From Phaeosaccion multiseriatum (lineage: Eukaryota > Protista > Ochrophyta, other classes), in NCBI GenBank assembly GCA_965112735.1, contig OZ218952.1, positions 3,906,001 through 3,970,000 of the forward strand: DNA of 64,000 bases. The letters are read 5' to 3'. The translations under genes and the position numbers were made by a program. Below, in pieces: positions 36,984-51,142 of the stretch; positions within the stretch are counted from its first letter, which is position 1; each line of letters begins with the position of its first letter. The notes beneath the pieces are model-generated. The model was not told the origin of the DNA. It made no database searches and worked only from the letters and a program-made list of their open reading frames with translations.

Positions 36984-38225
36984 TCAGCACAGAGAGGGTT
37001 CGAAGTCCCCCCCCGGGACAGCATCGAGCGATCCCTCCAGTCCCTCCAGTTCGAGTGCCATGAGGTCGTTATCATCAAAGCCCAAGTCTAGCACAGCATC
37101 AAAGTCGCTGATCCCTCGCTGTTGTTGTTGCTGCTGAGGAAGAGGTGAAGGAACAACTGGAGGAGGAGGGGCCAAGAACCAGCTATCCAATAGCAAGGCT
37201 GCTGCATCCCCCGTCCTCAGCTGCTGCTGCGGCTGGGAAGAAGAAGAAGACTCTACCTGTACCTGCCTCACATCGCCACCGTCGATGACCAACAGCCGCT
37301 CCAGAAACCGCACCGCCCCCGCCGATACACCGCACACACCTCCACCTCCTTCTCCTCCTCTTCCTCCTCCGATGAAGCTCAGCATGGCCTCCACCCCCTC
37401 CCCCTCGAGAACATCAAACCCCGACCGCGACCCAGTGGCGAGAGGAAGCTCCCACGGCCACCGGCAAGTCGCCATGGTCACAAACAGCACCCCGAGCGCC
37501 CACACATCAGCCTTGCGGCCGTCATACATGAACCCTTGGCGAAAGTACTCCGGCGGCTGCACAGCGCCTACCAGTCCCATATCCGTGCCCCCCTGGAACA
37601 CGAAGGTATCAGGATCTACGAAGCCCAAGCCCGCAAGGAGGACGCGGTCTCCCGCCACGTACACACTAAAGTGGTGGAGCACAGCACAACAGTTTGAGAA
37701 TGGGGGAGGGGTGGGGGGGGGGGGGCAGGCAGGCAGGCAGGCAGACAGACAGACAGATAGACAGACAGACGGACACAACGTGCGGTAAGGTGGGATGCTT
37801 GCAGGGGTAAGGTAAGGCAGAACACACAGACGTACACACACACGGAGATGCAGTGCACACACGCGTTCACTACTCCTCAACACACGCGGGGGACACATGA
37901 TAGCAGCGAAGACCCCATCGACTTACCAGTCCGCCGAGATGTTATGGTGGCACATGTTCTGTGAACAGAGGGAGAGAAGGAAGGAAGACAGGAAGGACGA
38001 AAAAAAAAAGCTGCTGAGCTACGCTGGACGTTTCTGACGTAGTACGTAGTTCTATTTCATGTTTCAGTGTTGCCAATCCAGAGAATTCCACGCAAACATG
38101 AGCAACTGAACTCGCCTTGGCTTGCAGATGTGCCAGGGCCGAGAGGAGCTGCCGCATGACGAGCTTGCAGGCCTCGTCCTCCACGCCAGAGCGCTCGTAA
38201 ATGAGGCTCGCTGCAAGAGGCAAGC

Positions 38226-38294
<69 letters not shown>

Positions 38295-38526
38295 TGTGTG
38301 TGTGTGTGTACGTTAGATAGGCAGGAGAGAGAGGAGGCTGGTACAGACTCAGTTGAAGTCAGCAGCCACAGAACCTACATCTTACCGAGGGTGTAGGAGT
38401 TGTCGGTTGGGATATCAAGCATCATATAGATTCGCCCAGAGTGTTCTTCCCTGAAGGCCTCCTGCATTCCTAAAATGCTGGCATGCGGGCTCTGTCCCAC
38501 CGCTTTTCGCTGTGGTTGGGGGTTGA

Positions 38527-38584
<58 letters not shown>

Positions 38585-39558
38585 GATGATGGGCGTGTCC
38601 AGCAGGGCAGGCGGGGGGATGGGTGTGGATAGGTCCAGATGGATGGATGGATGGATGGGTTGGATGGATGGAGGAAGGGACACTCACCACTGCGTTGATT
38701 TCCTTTATAGGATCGTACGAGAGCCGCCTTCCCTCTTGGTCCGGCGTCCACACCTTTATTAAGCAATGCCGCTCGCGAACTCTCAGACTACGAAGGGTTG
38801 AGTCCCCCGCCTGCATATAACCCGGATGGCCGCGATAAAGCTGAACCATCCGATTGCCCGCTATCGGAGGGGCAAGCTCTTGCACCATCCAAATCGCGCC
38901 CTTGACTGTGTCCGACGGCTCCACGTCCATCCAAGGTCGTACTGCAGCCTCGAGCACTCGCCCTCTGTCGCCCAACTCTCTCCCATTCCAATCTCGAAAG
39001 ACATGCTCTCTGTGGAGACGCGGCAAGAGTATACCCAGAAGAGAGAGAGGTGGAGGGATGGGGACTATGCGTCAACGTAGCCCCAGCAGGCGCAGCAGAC
39101 TTTGACACAGCGAGAAGGAGGGGTTTCATCGCGTAAGGGGGGGGGGGGGGGAAGAGGAGAGATGCCGTGGGAGAGGGAGATGATCCACAACAAGAGGGTC
39201 TGGGAGAAGGATAGAAGTACCGAGGAAAGGCAGAGAGGAGTGGGGTCGTGGAACAAGGAGGCGATATACACGGAGGGGGCCTAGGGGGAGAGTACTAGGT
39301 GAGGGGCCGTGGGAGAAGGAGACGATACACAACAAGAGGGGCCATGGGAACAGGAGAGAAGAAAAGAGGAGAAGACTAGAGGAGAGGGGAGATGGAGAGG
39401 CAGAGGATACACAGCAGATATCACGAGGGTGCAGACCGGAAGGGACCAACTCGGGGCGGAGGGACCTAACGCAGAAGTTCAAGACAAACTCCTGGCTGCA
39501 GCAAGGGGGAAAGCTCGTCTCACCTTGCGTTGACAAGTGGATTTCCCGTTGGCTCCAT
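36984..39558 (-). CDS. CAMK-like pseudokinase, ~429 aa; exons 39558-39524, 39009-38688, 38509-38386, 38210-38116, 37958-37927, 37665-36984
   Basis: CLIKVW (VAIK), KEI (alphaC), RQLLSALAHL, CHHNISAD (HRD loop), LLAGLGF (DFG), QPPEYF and YDGRKADVWALGV. All phases are consistent, including one GC-AG intron. Confidence 0.85.
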
Positions 39559-39749
39559 GCTCGGCCTGTCAGAGAGCGAGGTGTAAAAAGGCGGGTATTT
39601 TGCGCGAAGGGAAGTGAAGATCAAAGCGTGCAGGATGTCCGATTTCATGTGAAGTATTATGGGCACATCACGGTGAAAGGTGTGTGGTTGTAAAAAGAGT
39701 CGAAACTGTAAAAATTCGGAAAAAAAGCAGAGGGGAGAGGAGGGTGGCC

Positions 39750-42125
39750 ATGACGGCCTCCACTCACCTCGGGGATAGCCCGATGGTCAGCCAGAAAGGA
39801 GGAGGAGATGGAGGAGAAGGAGGAGGAGGAGGTGCAGAGTATGAAGTGTGCAGAGGGAGCGGTAGAAAGAGGAGTCGGAGCCGCACTGGGAGCAATGGCG
39901 GTAGCACGTACGCTGGTGGCGGCGGCGGCGGCTACGAGGAGAGCCTGAAGAAGAGGGTCGTGGTACGGAGCAGCTCGCTCGTGCACGGTGCAGCAGCAGA
40001 AGGGCGCCGTCTCCCTCCCGCGCCTCAGAAGCTCGTGGGTCTGCGAGCCACCCGGCCCATGACTCCCCCTCCCGGTGGTGCCAAAAGGGGGTCGGGAGGA
40101 GGGATTCATGGGTGGTCAGGAGCCAACAACACGAGTAGATTAAAAGGAGGAGGAGGGGGGAGGAGGAGGAGGGGTGGATTCAGCAACGGCTTCCTGGGGT
40201 GCCACCACGTTGCTTCCTTCCTTGGGCCGAGGAGCCAGGGAGCAGCAGCAAGCCATGCTCTCAGGGACGTCGGATCACACCACCATTCTCGGTGGAAGCA
40301 ATGCGTCGCTGCGAAAGACCTTCTTTACTTTGGCCAATGAGACCTCTTCTGCAAAGGGCGGTGGGAGCGCAGCAGCACGGTCCTCAGAGAGTGATGGGGG
40401 CGGAGTGGGGACCGGGGTCGAAGGCGGTGCCGGAGCCGGAGGAGAGGGAGGAGGAGCAGCAACAGAGGACGGAGCCTTCGAGGCGAGGAAGCTGTCCAAA
40501 GCAGCGGCACTATTGGAGGCCGACAAGCGCAAAATCAAAAGCATACGCTCCTTCTTGCTCAACTTTCTCGAGACCCGCGACGGCTCCATCAAGCTTCGCA
40601 TCGACTTGCGCGAGCATCAGATCGAGACGGGACGAGACGTCACAGATGCCGTGGTGCAGGAGGTGTGTCGCATGAGGCCGGACATGATTGGCCTCAGCCT
40701 GAAACAGTGCGTCAAGGTCAGCGACGTGGGGCTGTGGTGCATTGCGCGTCACTGCGAGGGTCTAAGGGAGCTCAATGTCAGCGGGTGCTTCAGTATCACC
40801 ACCATCGGCCTCCGCTCCCTAGCTCTACGCTGCCAAAAGCTGGAGCTGCTGGACTTTCGCGGCTGCCACAACCTGGACGACACCGCCCTTCGCGTGCTCG
40901 GGGCGGGCTGCTGGGCACTCAAGTCCCTCACACTGAGTCGGTGTAACAATGTGAGCGACGCTGGGGTGGCGGAGGTGGCCCGACTGTGCACGTCCATCAC
41001 GAGCCTCGACATTAGTGAGTGCGCGAGGATCGGAGAGTACGGAGACAAGGCTCTGCTGCAGCTCGGGCGGAGCTGCCATCAGCTAAGGCGTCTGGATGCC
41101 TTCGGCTGCCATCATGTGAATGATCCAGGGTGAGTATGGAGTGCAGTGGGTGGGGTGGGACGAAGCAGCGAAGGAAGGAAGGAAGGAAGGAAGGAAGGAA
41201 GGAAAGAAAGACAGTGCTGTCAGGGTGCGTGGGGCGTGTCACCTCCCTCCCCTCCCTCCCGGACACGAGAGGAAGCGTCTGACCCCCACCCCTTCCTTGA
41301 CCCGTGCCACGAATCCCCCGCAGACTCATCTCCGTGGCCAGAGGCTGCCCCAAGCTCGAGGTGTTGAAGCTGACGGGCTGTACGGGCATCACAGGGGCCG
41401 CCGTGAGGGCCCTCTCCTCGGCGTGCCCCTTCATCAAGGAGCTGAGCCTCTCGGGCTGTGCCAAGATCACCAACAGGGATCTCGAGTTTCTCGCTCAGCA
41501 CAGCCCCAACATCCAACACCTCAACATCGCGCAGTGCCCACAGGTTGGCGAGAGAGCCCTCGCGGCGCTGTCCTCCAAGCTCTCCAGCCTCACTGAGCTC
41601 GACCTCAGCGGCTGCACGGGGGTGAACAGTGAGGCACTCGTGGCCCTTCACAAGGTGAATGCGCGCTTCCTCAACCTCAGCAATTGCCCCGGGGTGGGGG
41701 AGGGGGACGTGGAGAAGCTTGCGCTGAACTGTACGGGCCTGGCGACGCTCAACGTGACGGTGAGTAAGGGAGGGGTGAGTGAGAGGGTGGGTGAGTGTGA
41801 AGACTGAGTGAGTGAGTGAGCGAGTGAGTGAGTGAGTGAGTGATTGAGTGAGTGCCATGATCCCGTGAACCCGATGGCACTCTAAGGCCCATGCTTTATA
41901 CCTTTCAACAACTCTCCCTCTTCTCCTTCCCCGTCTCCCTTCTTTGCCTCCCCTTTTAGGGCTGTGAGCGCATCACGCGAAGGTTTCTGCAGCAGCTGTG
42001 TATGCGTATGAGGTTCAGTGAGCCCGCAACAGACTTTGTTGGGCTACAGCCGAGACCCAACGCCGAGGAGCTGAGGCTGCAGGCAGAGATGGAGGGACGC
42101 ACTCTGCGGGCATGCATCATGATAC

Positions 42126-42159
<34 letters not shown>

Positions 42160-45100
42160 ACGTGTGTGTATGTGTGTGTGTTTACGTGTGTGTGTACGCT
42201 GTGCACGTGTGTGTGCGTGGGTGTATGCGTGTGTGTGTGCGTTGTGTTCGCGTGTGTGTGCCTGCGTGTGCCTGTGTGTGCATGTGTCAGTGTATGGTGC
42301 CCCTCCACTCTCCAACCCCCCACTTCGGTCCCTTGTGGTCCCCTTCCACCCTCCCCTGTGACCCCTCTGCTCCACAGGGACATGTGCGTGGATGGATGGT
42401 GCGCATCCACTCATGGGAGCTGAAGCGGCGCTGGTTCATACGCAAGCGCCTAGTCATGGTGCAAGCACATGCAAGAGGTATGCTTGTGCGCTTCTGGTAC
42501 AGGGGGTGGAGGGAGGCCGTAAGGAGAGAGCACTGCGCTGGGAAGATACAAGCCGTGTGGCACGGACACAAGGCGAGGGCAGTGGCTCGCCTGAAGGTGG
42601 GTGGTGTTCGTAGTAAGTCAGTGGGCGGGTGGGTAGAAGTCCATGGGTATGAAGTCAATGAGTGGGTGGGTGGGTGGGTAGGAAGTCAAATGGAGGGTGG
42701 GCGGGTATGTGTGTGTGCGTGTTGAGTTTGTGGGCAGGCGCATGCGTATAACGCTTCCTTGCTCACCGCGCTGCTCCTACTCCTCAAAACTTGGTCCACA
42801 TACACACGCACGCGCGTGCGCGCACACACACACACATACATTCACACACACACAGCGAGATGCCGTTGGACTGGTGTCTGTCCACCATGAGGCAAGCATG
42901 GAGATTTGTCGCGTGTGGAGGGGCCACAAGGGCCGCAAGAGAGCCCAAGCAGCACGCAACACACGTGCGAGAGAACGCATGCGACTGGCCAGGGTCCAGG
43001 CCACGAGAGAGATTAGCGCCACGCTCGTACAGCGCTATGTGAGAGGGCACTTGGCACAAGGGGTGCTGGAAGAGAGGAGGAGCAGGAGGGAGGAGATCGA
43101 GGCGGCCCAGCGGAGGAGGCAGTCGGCGGCGGTTGTCGTCCAGCAGCTGTATCGCATGGTGAGGCAGGGAGGGAGGGAGGGAGGGAGGGGAGGGGAGGGA
43201 AGGAGGGAGGGGACGGAGGGGAATAGGAGAGGGGTATATATCTCTTCGATCTCGTCAGTTTGTGTGTGTAAATGTGTGCACAACTCAACCCAACTCAACT
43301 CAACTCAACTCAACCCAACTCAACTCAACTCGACTCTCCCTCTCCTCTCGCCCCCCCCCCCCCCGCCCCCCTTCTCTCCCATCCCCTCGCTCTCCCTCTC
43401 TCCCTCTCCCTAAGGTGAAAGCTCGGCGTTCACTGCTTGAGCTTCGAGCCCAGCGTGAGTACCTCATCCTCTGTTGGGACATGGCCTTGCGTGTGCAAAA
43501 GGCGTGGAGAAGCAAGAAGGCCCGCATGCTGCTGTTGGTGCTTCAGCTTATCGAACAGCAGCGACAGCACAGGGAAGCAGCGACGGTGCTGCAGAACTTT
43601 TGGCGCACAATTCGCGCGAGACACCTTACACGGCTGCAGCGAGCGCTCTTCGCCCTCCGACGGCTGCAAGACACGTCGGCCATTGAGGTGCAACGGCTGT
43701 GGCGAGGCTTCAAGGGAAGGAGGAAGGCACACACACGCAAGTTGGAGGTTGAGAAGGACACTCGCGAGCTGCAGGCCTGTCTGCGCATGCAAAAGGTACG
43801 GTTACAGAATAGGTGTCAGGGTGCAGAGACGGGGGTGACGTGTGGTACAAAGTACTACACTCGACTGAACCGAAGTCGGATCGGTCCGGCGGTCGATCAA
43901 TCGGTCGGTCAGTCGGTCATCACTGGAGATCTGCTCGCTAACGGCTTGTCGTTTGCTTGCTATTTTCTTGTTTGTTGTTGTTGTCGTCGTCTTCGTCCTC
44001 GGCCCCTTACCCCCGGCTACGCCATGGGGAAATTACAACACTACTAACCCCTAATGGCCACACGAACCAACCCAACCAAACCCAACCAAACCGAACCGAA
44101 CCGAACCAAACCAAACCAAACCAAAGGTGTGGCGAGGGCACAAAGGCAGGGAGCGATGGGAAGTGCACGCCGCCCTTCGCTTGGTGGAGCTTCAGGCCCG
44201 CCCTCTACGCTTCAAGGTGGTCGAGCTGGAGGAGAAGCGGCGCAAACTCAAGGAGTTGCTGGACAGAGACCACTCTGCCATGCAGCCGTTACGCGAGGAG
44301 GCGAAGGAAATCGCCGATGAACTGTTCCATGTGAGCAACACCAAGGACAAGTGGACCGACTCCGACAAGATCTCTGCCGGAGTGCGGCAGCGCTTCCTCA
44401 CCAAGTTCCTCTATGTGCGGCTCATTGAGGTGCAAAAGCTGTGCGATTCCAAGCTACGCAAGCTGGACAAGGAGATTCTCGCCAAGGAGGTGACGTATCG
44501 AGCCGTCCAGAGGAGCCTCAAGCAGGCTCAGAGGGAGCTCCTGCCCTTCTCCAAGGGGACGGAGGATAAGGTCAAGCGTGGACGTCCGGGTCGGTTGCGT
44601 GCGCTGGTGCGTACACGGGAGCGGTGTGCGCGTTTGATTCAGCGCTGGTACCGTGGAGCGCTGCTGCGTAGATGCCTCTTCTCGTGGTATCGCGAGTATT
44701 GGGTGGTGTGTGAGGACGAGGCGACGGGCGACGATTACTATTACAATACCTGGTCCGAGGAGGTGCGTTGGTCCAAACCGATGGAAATGCGTCTTACGGA
44801 GCGCCTCAACGGGACGGACGAGGACAACGACGATGACGACGACGATGATGATGATGATGAGGATGAAAATGAGGGGCTGAGTGGTGCTGATGACTATAGT
44901 AGCAGCGACGATGACAACGACAACGACGAGGAGGATGAATCTGAGGGTGATGAGGAGGGGGAGGAGGAGGGGGAGGAGGGAGAGGGGGGGGACGAGGACG
45001 AGGAGGAGAAGGAAGCAGGGGGAAGCAGCGGCGGTGGTGGCTCGAGCAACAACAAAAAGAAGACGAAGGTCAAGGTGCCGCGGCTCACGTGGCACGAAAA

Positions 45101-46150
45101 AACGCTCGAGAGCCTCACGCTGTCGTACTGGTACTGCAGCGAGAAGCACGAGTACCGATGGAGGAATCCGGAGTCGGAAACCGAGCAAGAGGGGCAGCGA
45201 GTGGACAGCGCTGGCGGTGGCGGGGGGCAGTCTTGGCTTGATACGGAAGACCCCGAAGCGCTGCTGGAGCGGTCGGAGCGCATTCGTCCCATCGGGCAGC
45301 ATTGGGTGGAAATGAGAGACCGTGAGACTCAACGGACATTCTACACCACCACCAGCGCCAAGCAGGAGCAGGAGGGAGGGGGGGAGGGGGAGGAGGAGGA
45401 GGTACTACTCGTATGGTCCCTAAGTCCACGAAGGGCCCTCGAGACCCCACGGACCCCTCGCCGGGCCAGGCAGAGAGGGAGTCTCGGCGGCGATGACGGG
45501 TGAGTGGGTCGTTAGATTGCTAGTGATTGCGTGTAGTGAGCACGTGTGTGAGTGGGTGTGTGGGTGCGTGTGTGAGTGCGCGTGCGGCGATGTGGCTGGT
45601 CAGTGACGGACGGGAGGCGGGGAAGGAGGGCGTGTGAGTTGGGAATACAGGAGGGAGAGGGGGGCGAGCAGGGTGCCAAGCACAAACTTCACTCCAACAG
45701 TGTAGCTTGTTGGCATTCATTTTATTCACTTATTGTTTCGTTCACTCATTCACTCACGTCCCCACTCACACACCCACTCACTCTCTCACGCACTCGCTCG
45801 CTCTCTTACTCACTCACTCACTCACTCACTCACCCATTAGAGCAATCAATCACTCGCGCACTCACTCACACACGCTAACCCTTACGACCCTGCATGACAT
45901 GACACGATATGACTACAGCCTCACAGGTGTCCGGGATCCGGTAGAGGAGGAGGTGGGGCAGCAACAGGAGGAGGAGGAGGAGGGGGGCGGGGCTGCTGCT
46001 ACAGCTCTGGTGATGAGCGAGTGGGCGGTGTATAGCGACGAGGACGGTACACCTTTCTACCGCAACGAGTGCACGGGGGAGAGCCAGTGGGATGCTCCCG
46101 AGGGCTGGATGGAGGCCGGCCAAACAGCGGCAACGCCGGAGCTGGAGTGA
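39750..46150 (+). CDS. Cys-containing LRR (FBXL/AMN1-type) + multiple IQ motifs + coiled coil + WW domains; exons 39750-41129 (apparent +1 frameshift near 40155), 41324-41759, 41960-42127, 42378-42596, 42856-43158, 43415-43795, 44127-45499, 45919-46150
   Basis: Repeated LxLxxCxx(I/V)xDxG LRRs; IQxxxRG motifs (IQAVWHGHK, VQRLWRGFKGR, IQRWYRG); WW domains (YYYNTWSEEVRWSKP; WAVYSDEDGTPFYRNECTGESQWDAP). Confidence 0.88.
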
Positions 46151-46496
46151 AGAGTGAAGAGAGCGAAGAGAATTAAGCGTGAATCACCACCCATACCAGA
46201 GAACGAGACGACGATGAATGAAAGCAAGAGTGACTGCATGAGTGACTGCACGAGTGAATGCATGAGAGTGATGCACGGGTGAATGCACGAGTGAATGGAT
46301 GAAGGAAGACATTCGCGGTAGGGGTGGTGGGGTGGGCGGATGTTCCCTTCGCATGTCGGCCATAACAATGAAACGTTGTTTTCTTGAAGAGCCATTGATT
46401 TTAAAGACAACGGTGGGGAGCAATTCAGTTTCGAGAGAGAAACCCGCCATGGAGCCATGGGCCTCTCCTCTCCAGTCCCTGTCCCTCTCTCTCCTC

Positions 46497-47118
46497 CTAT
46501 CGAATGAAGCGGCTCTGCTGCTCGAGCCTTTCCAGCAGCGCCAACTCAATATCCAGTGTTTTGTCACTGCCGTGAAGGCTCCCTTTGCCTCCCATACGAC
46601 CACTACTACTAAGACTGCTGCTGCTCTCCCGAAGGCTGTTGACCACTGCTGAGACGTTCGCCAGCCGCCGTAGAGAGGCCAGATCCATGGAAAGGTCTTC
46701 CAGAGTACATGTAGACACGTCTCCACGGAAACCCACTGGGACGCACAGCCACGAGGCAGACTCCCCTTTCGCTGATGCATTTGCCCGCTCGGCTCTTCTC
46801 TGCGGTCCTCCTCCTCGCTCTCCTCCTCCTCGTCCTCCTGCTGCTGCTACTACTGCTGCTGCTACTACTGCTGCTGGTGGTTGTGCAGGCTCACTGGCCT
46901 CTCCTTGTCGGACAGCCCCGGTTGGTAGGCCTGAACCGACGCGCGGCCGGTCCACACAGATAGGCAGGCAGGCAGACAGACAGGCGGGCAAGCAAGGAGG
47001 GAGGGAGGGGACGGAGCAAAGGAGTGAGATAACCACTGCAGCAACAACAACAACAACAACGACGACGACGACGACGACACCAACAACAACACCACCATCA
47101 CCATCACCACCACCCACC

Positions 47119-47149
<31 letters not shown>

Positions 47150-50100
47150 GCAACAACAGCAACAACAGCAGCAGCAGCAGCAGCAGCAGCCCCCTCACCC
47201 CTTCCCTCTCCATCCCCCCCACCCTCACCGCACCCCTCCCCCTCACCTGCGTCGGCAAAGCTCGTCCAGCTCTGTTCGGGCGCTTCGTCCCTCCTCCCCA
47301 CGGGGCAGTGCCAGTGGCCTGTGTCGGGGCTGTACTTCATCTCCCTCGTGAGACCCGGCACTTCGAGAAGGACGCCGTCCATCCACGCCCGCGGGTGGCC
47401 GGCATGGGCGTGGGTGGCACTCGGCGGCGTGGTGGAGCGACGGTCCACTGAGTGAGTGAGTGAGTGAGTGAGTGAGTGAGTGAGTGAGTGAGGGAGTGAG
47501 TGAGTGAGTGAGTGAATGGAGTGAGTGAGTGAGTGAGTGAGTGAGTGAGTGAGGGAGTGAGTGAGTGAGTGAGTGAATGGAGTGAGTGAGTGTGTGAGTG
47601 AGTGAGTGAGCGAGTGGGGTGAGTGGGGTTAGTGAGTAAGTCTGTGAGTCGAGTATGTGAACCAAGAGAGTCAAGTAAGAGAGTCAGTGATGGAGTAAGT
47701 GACTCATCTTCATATTTACGTACCCTCTGTCCTGCGTACTCTTTTCACTAGCTGCACCCTCCCTGCCGAGTCCCTCTGCGGCGCCCTAAGCCCCCCCTGC
47801 AACAGAGACTCGTACTTGTCCTGCGACACGAGCTGGAAGCGCACAACCTGAACAGATGGCAGCACATGGCAGCATACGGCAGCAGATGGCAGCGGACGGC
47901 AGCGGATGGTGGGTCATACCGATTTCGCGCGTGGGGGTGGGGGGTGCGGGGAGTGTATGTGGATGAGGTGTGTGGGTAGAAAAGAGCGGCGTGTGGGGTT
48001 AGGGTGAGGGTGAGGGATAGGGTGAGCGTAGGCCGGCGGGGTGGATGGACGGGGGGCGGGGGCAAAGCAAGCGAGCGAAGGAACGAACTACCGACGAGGA
48101 GAGCGCTGAGTGAGTGCTGCGATGTCTGCGATGTGATGCTACAAGCTGATCTGGGGTGAAAGGGGTAAATTATGCCAGCGGTTCTAGCAAATTAAATTCA
48201 CATTCACAACTTTCCACAACTTCCGCCCCTCCTTACACATGCCAACGCTATCACTCAAGGCTCTACCACAACGTAAACATACTCCCGACACCCTACTTAT
48301 GCCTGAGAAGACTTTTGTTCCGTTATGATGCCATGGGAATCAAGAATTTGAGCACGTTTTGCAGAATGCGAAAGTGTAAATGGGGGATTTAGCACGCGCG
48401 CTAAACGGTACAGTACCGTCTCGTTGAGGGGAACACAATGACATAGCGTCTCAATTGAGAGACCCAAATAGACCAAAGTTAACGGGCTGAGACCGTTGGA
48501 ACGGAAAGAGGGGGGGGGTCCAGTTCGGATACATGCGGCATACCCAGGCATGGAGATGCTCTGTCCGCCCCTCCGCCTTGGTTAGAAACATACACACACA
48601 CATACACGATTTTACAGGGGGGAAGTCTTTTTGGAAAAGCACCGGGCCACATTTGCAGAGAGTGCTCCAAAAACGGATCAGCTGGTACGATGCTACGCTG
48701 CTACACACACACGCACACGTACACGCACACACTACCTGGCCTAGCTGACGGTTTATCATGCCTCACTCACACACGCACATACACACACACAAACACTCAC
48801 GCACCCACGCACCTGTGTGCTGCGCCATCGCTGGAAGATGTGCTCGTCCGTCCCCGTGTAATGCTCACCACCGCCGCTGCCCATGTAGCCGCCGCTGTCC
48901 CTCCTTGGGTCCGAGGGCGAGCGTGGCTTTTGGTGGCTCATGAAGTGATCCGCCATGCGGTCGTTGGTGATCACACGCACCGCCCTCCTGCCATCTGTGA
49001 CGCTGCTGCCCATATGACTGCTACCGCTGCTGCCGCTGCTACCACTACCACCAGTGCTACCAACACTGCTGTTGCCACCACCGCTGATACCACTACTACT
49101 GGTGATGGCTTGGGTGTTGGTGACCATGGAACCCCCCACGGAACGCCTCCACTTGGGCGCGATGTTGTCGTCTTCTCTCCTCGCCACAGTACCGAACATC
49201 CACAAATAATCGTCCAGCAAAGCAGGCGGCACCATAAAGACCTGCTTTCGGGCCTGTGAAAGCGTCAGTGCACATGCGGATGCAAGGAGGGAGAGAGGGG
49301 GGGGTGCAAGAGTTGAGGGGGGCGGGGGGCTGCTGCTGCTGCTGCTGCTGCTGCTGCACCGCTGCTCCGTCATCCATCAACGCACAAGAAACAAGCTCAG
49401 CGGTGCGGTCAGTGAGCTGAGGCTGAATGCCGAAACGGGATCCGAGGGAGAGCTTCAGTTTCAGTGTACTAGACACTTTCCCTTCCCAATTGCCACGATC
49501 AAAGATCAGTGTCCAAAAGATCGACATCCCTCTGAGGCGAAACGCACGAAACGTACCTTCCACTGCCTGACGAGTGCGAGATCCAGCTCCGACGTCGGCA
49601 ACCACTTACTTCCGGTCCTGCTGCGGCTTAGCACAACAGGGCGGGCAAGACTGGAGGGACACACGAGTAGGACGCGCTCGCCACGGGCTTCTAGGTTATC
49701 CACCATCTGTGCGCGTGGATGGGTGGGTGAATTCGGGGGGGGGGAGGGAGAGGGGTGGCGGACGGAGGAGGAGGAGGAGGAGGAGGAGGAGGAGGAGGAG
49801 GAGGAGGAGGAGACGCTAGTGGGTCAGACTGGCTCTGGCGCTCATTCATACAGGGAGGGGGGGGGGGGGGGGTAACCTGCTGGTATATGGCGAAAGAGTA
49901 CCATTGCCTGACCCTGATCCTGACTCCAATCCTGACTCAGACCCTGACCCCGACTCTGACCCTGACCCTGACCCTGACTCCGACCCTGACTCTGACCCTG
50001 ATCCTGACTAAATGACTGACTGATTGACACTGACGCTGAATCTCTGACTCTGATTGACGGACTGAGTCACTCACTGACTTATTAACACACCGACCTCCTG

Positions 50101-51107
50101 TACCGTCTGGAGGTCGAATTCCTTATCCGGAGGTTCTCCAGGCTGTCTATGGAAGCCCACGTTAGCGGCATCCACCAGCACGGTGGGGGGCAAAGGGAGC
50201 TGAGCGATGAACGACTCAAACTCCTCCAGAGCCTGTTTGTGTTAGACAAGGGAGGGAGGGAGGGAGGGAGGGAGGGCGTAAATCAGTAGTCCTGAGGGAA
50301 GGAAGGAGGCACGCTTTCCCTCCTCTCCCTATGCCCCAATGTACCCCCCCCCCACCACCTCCCTCCCTCCCTCCCTCCCGTCCACCTTCTGCTCACCTTT
50401 CTCGGGTCCCTGTACTTTGTGGGCGGGTTCGAGTTGAGCGGGTGCCCGTTGTTCTTGTCCGCACCGAAGAAGCTCCTCGCTCTATCCGTGTCGATATCCG
50501 ACATTATCCCCTCTCGGAAACGCCGTCTTTCATCCCCGGTGAGCTGCCCTGTACGTACATTGAGCGTCGTCTCGCAACACGAACAACGCTGAAGCTCTTG
50601 CTGCGGCTGCTCCTGTATCACTAACTGCTGAAGTTGTTGCGGCGGTTGCTTCCCTCCCCTGCCACCCCCTACGTCCTCTCCTCGAAGAGAGGCAGCAGCA
50701 GCAGCAGCAGCAGTAGCAGGGGAAGGGGGCGGAGGCACCTCTGCTGCCGTACCGTTAACTGCTTCGTCTGCGATGAACACCACTTCGGTGGCCATACCCG
50801 CGTCCGTCAAGGCCGTTGCAGACTGCTGCGATAGCGTCAGCAACTCTGCCGACAACTCCGTGAAAGCGGCATGCATGAGCTGGTGTGTGTCGGATGGAGA
50901 GGGAGGAGCGGCGCGACAGGAAAGGATAGACAGGCGCAACAGAATGATGCACAACACATTTTTTGTCAGTCTTTCACTCACTCACTCACTCACTTGGGTT
51001 TAAGCTAGGGACTCGCTTTCACTCACCGCGGTGAGCTGGTCGATGCCCCTCTTCACTTCCTCTTGTGCCGCCCACCCCTCCTCCACCACTCCCTCCCCTC
51101 CTCCTCC

Positions 51108-51142
<35 letters not shown>

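Noticed and set aside
48333-48392. MGIKNL XPG/FEN1-like N-terminus within a PRORP intron
   Set aside because: It stops after 19 codons with no further motifs and is probably chance.
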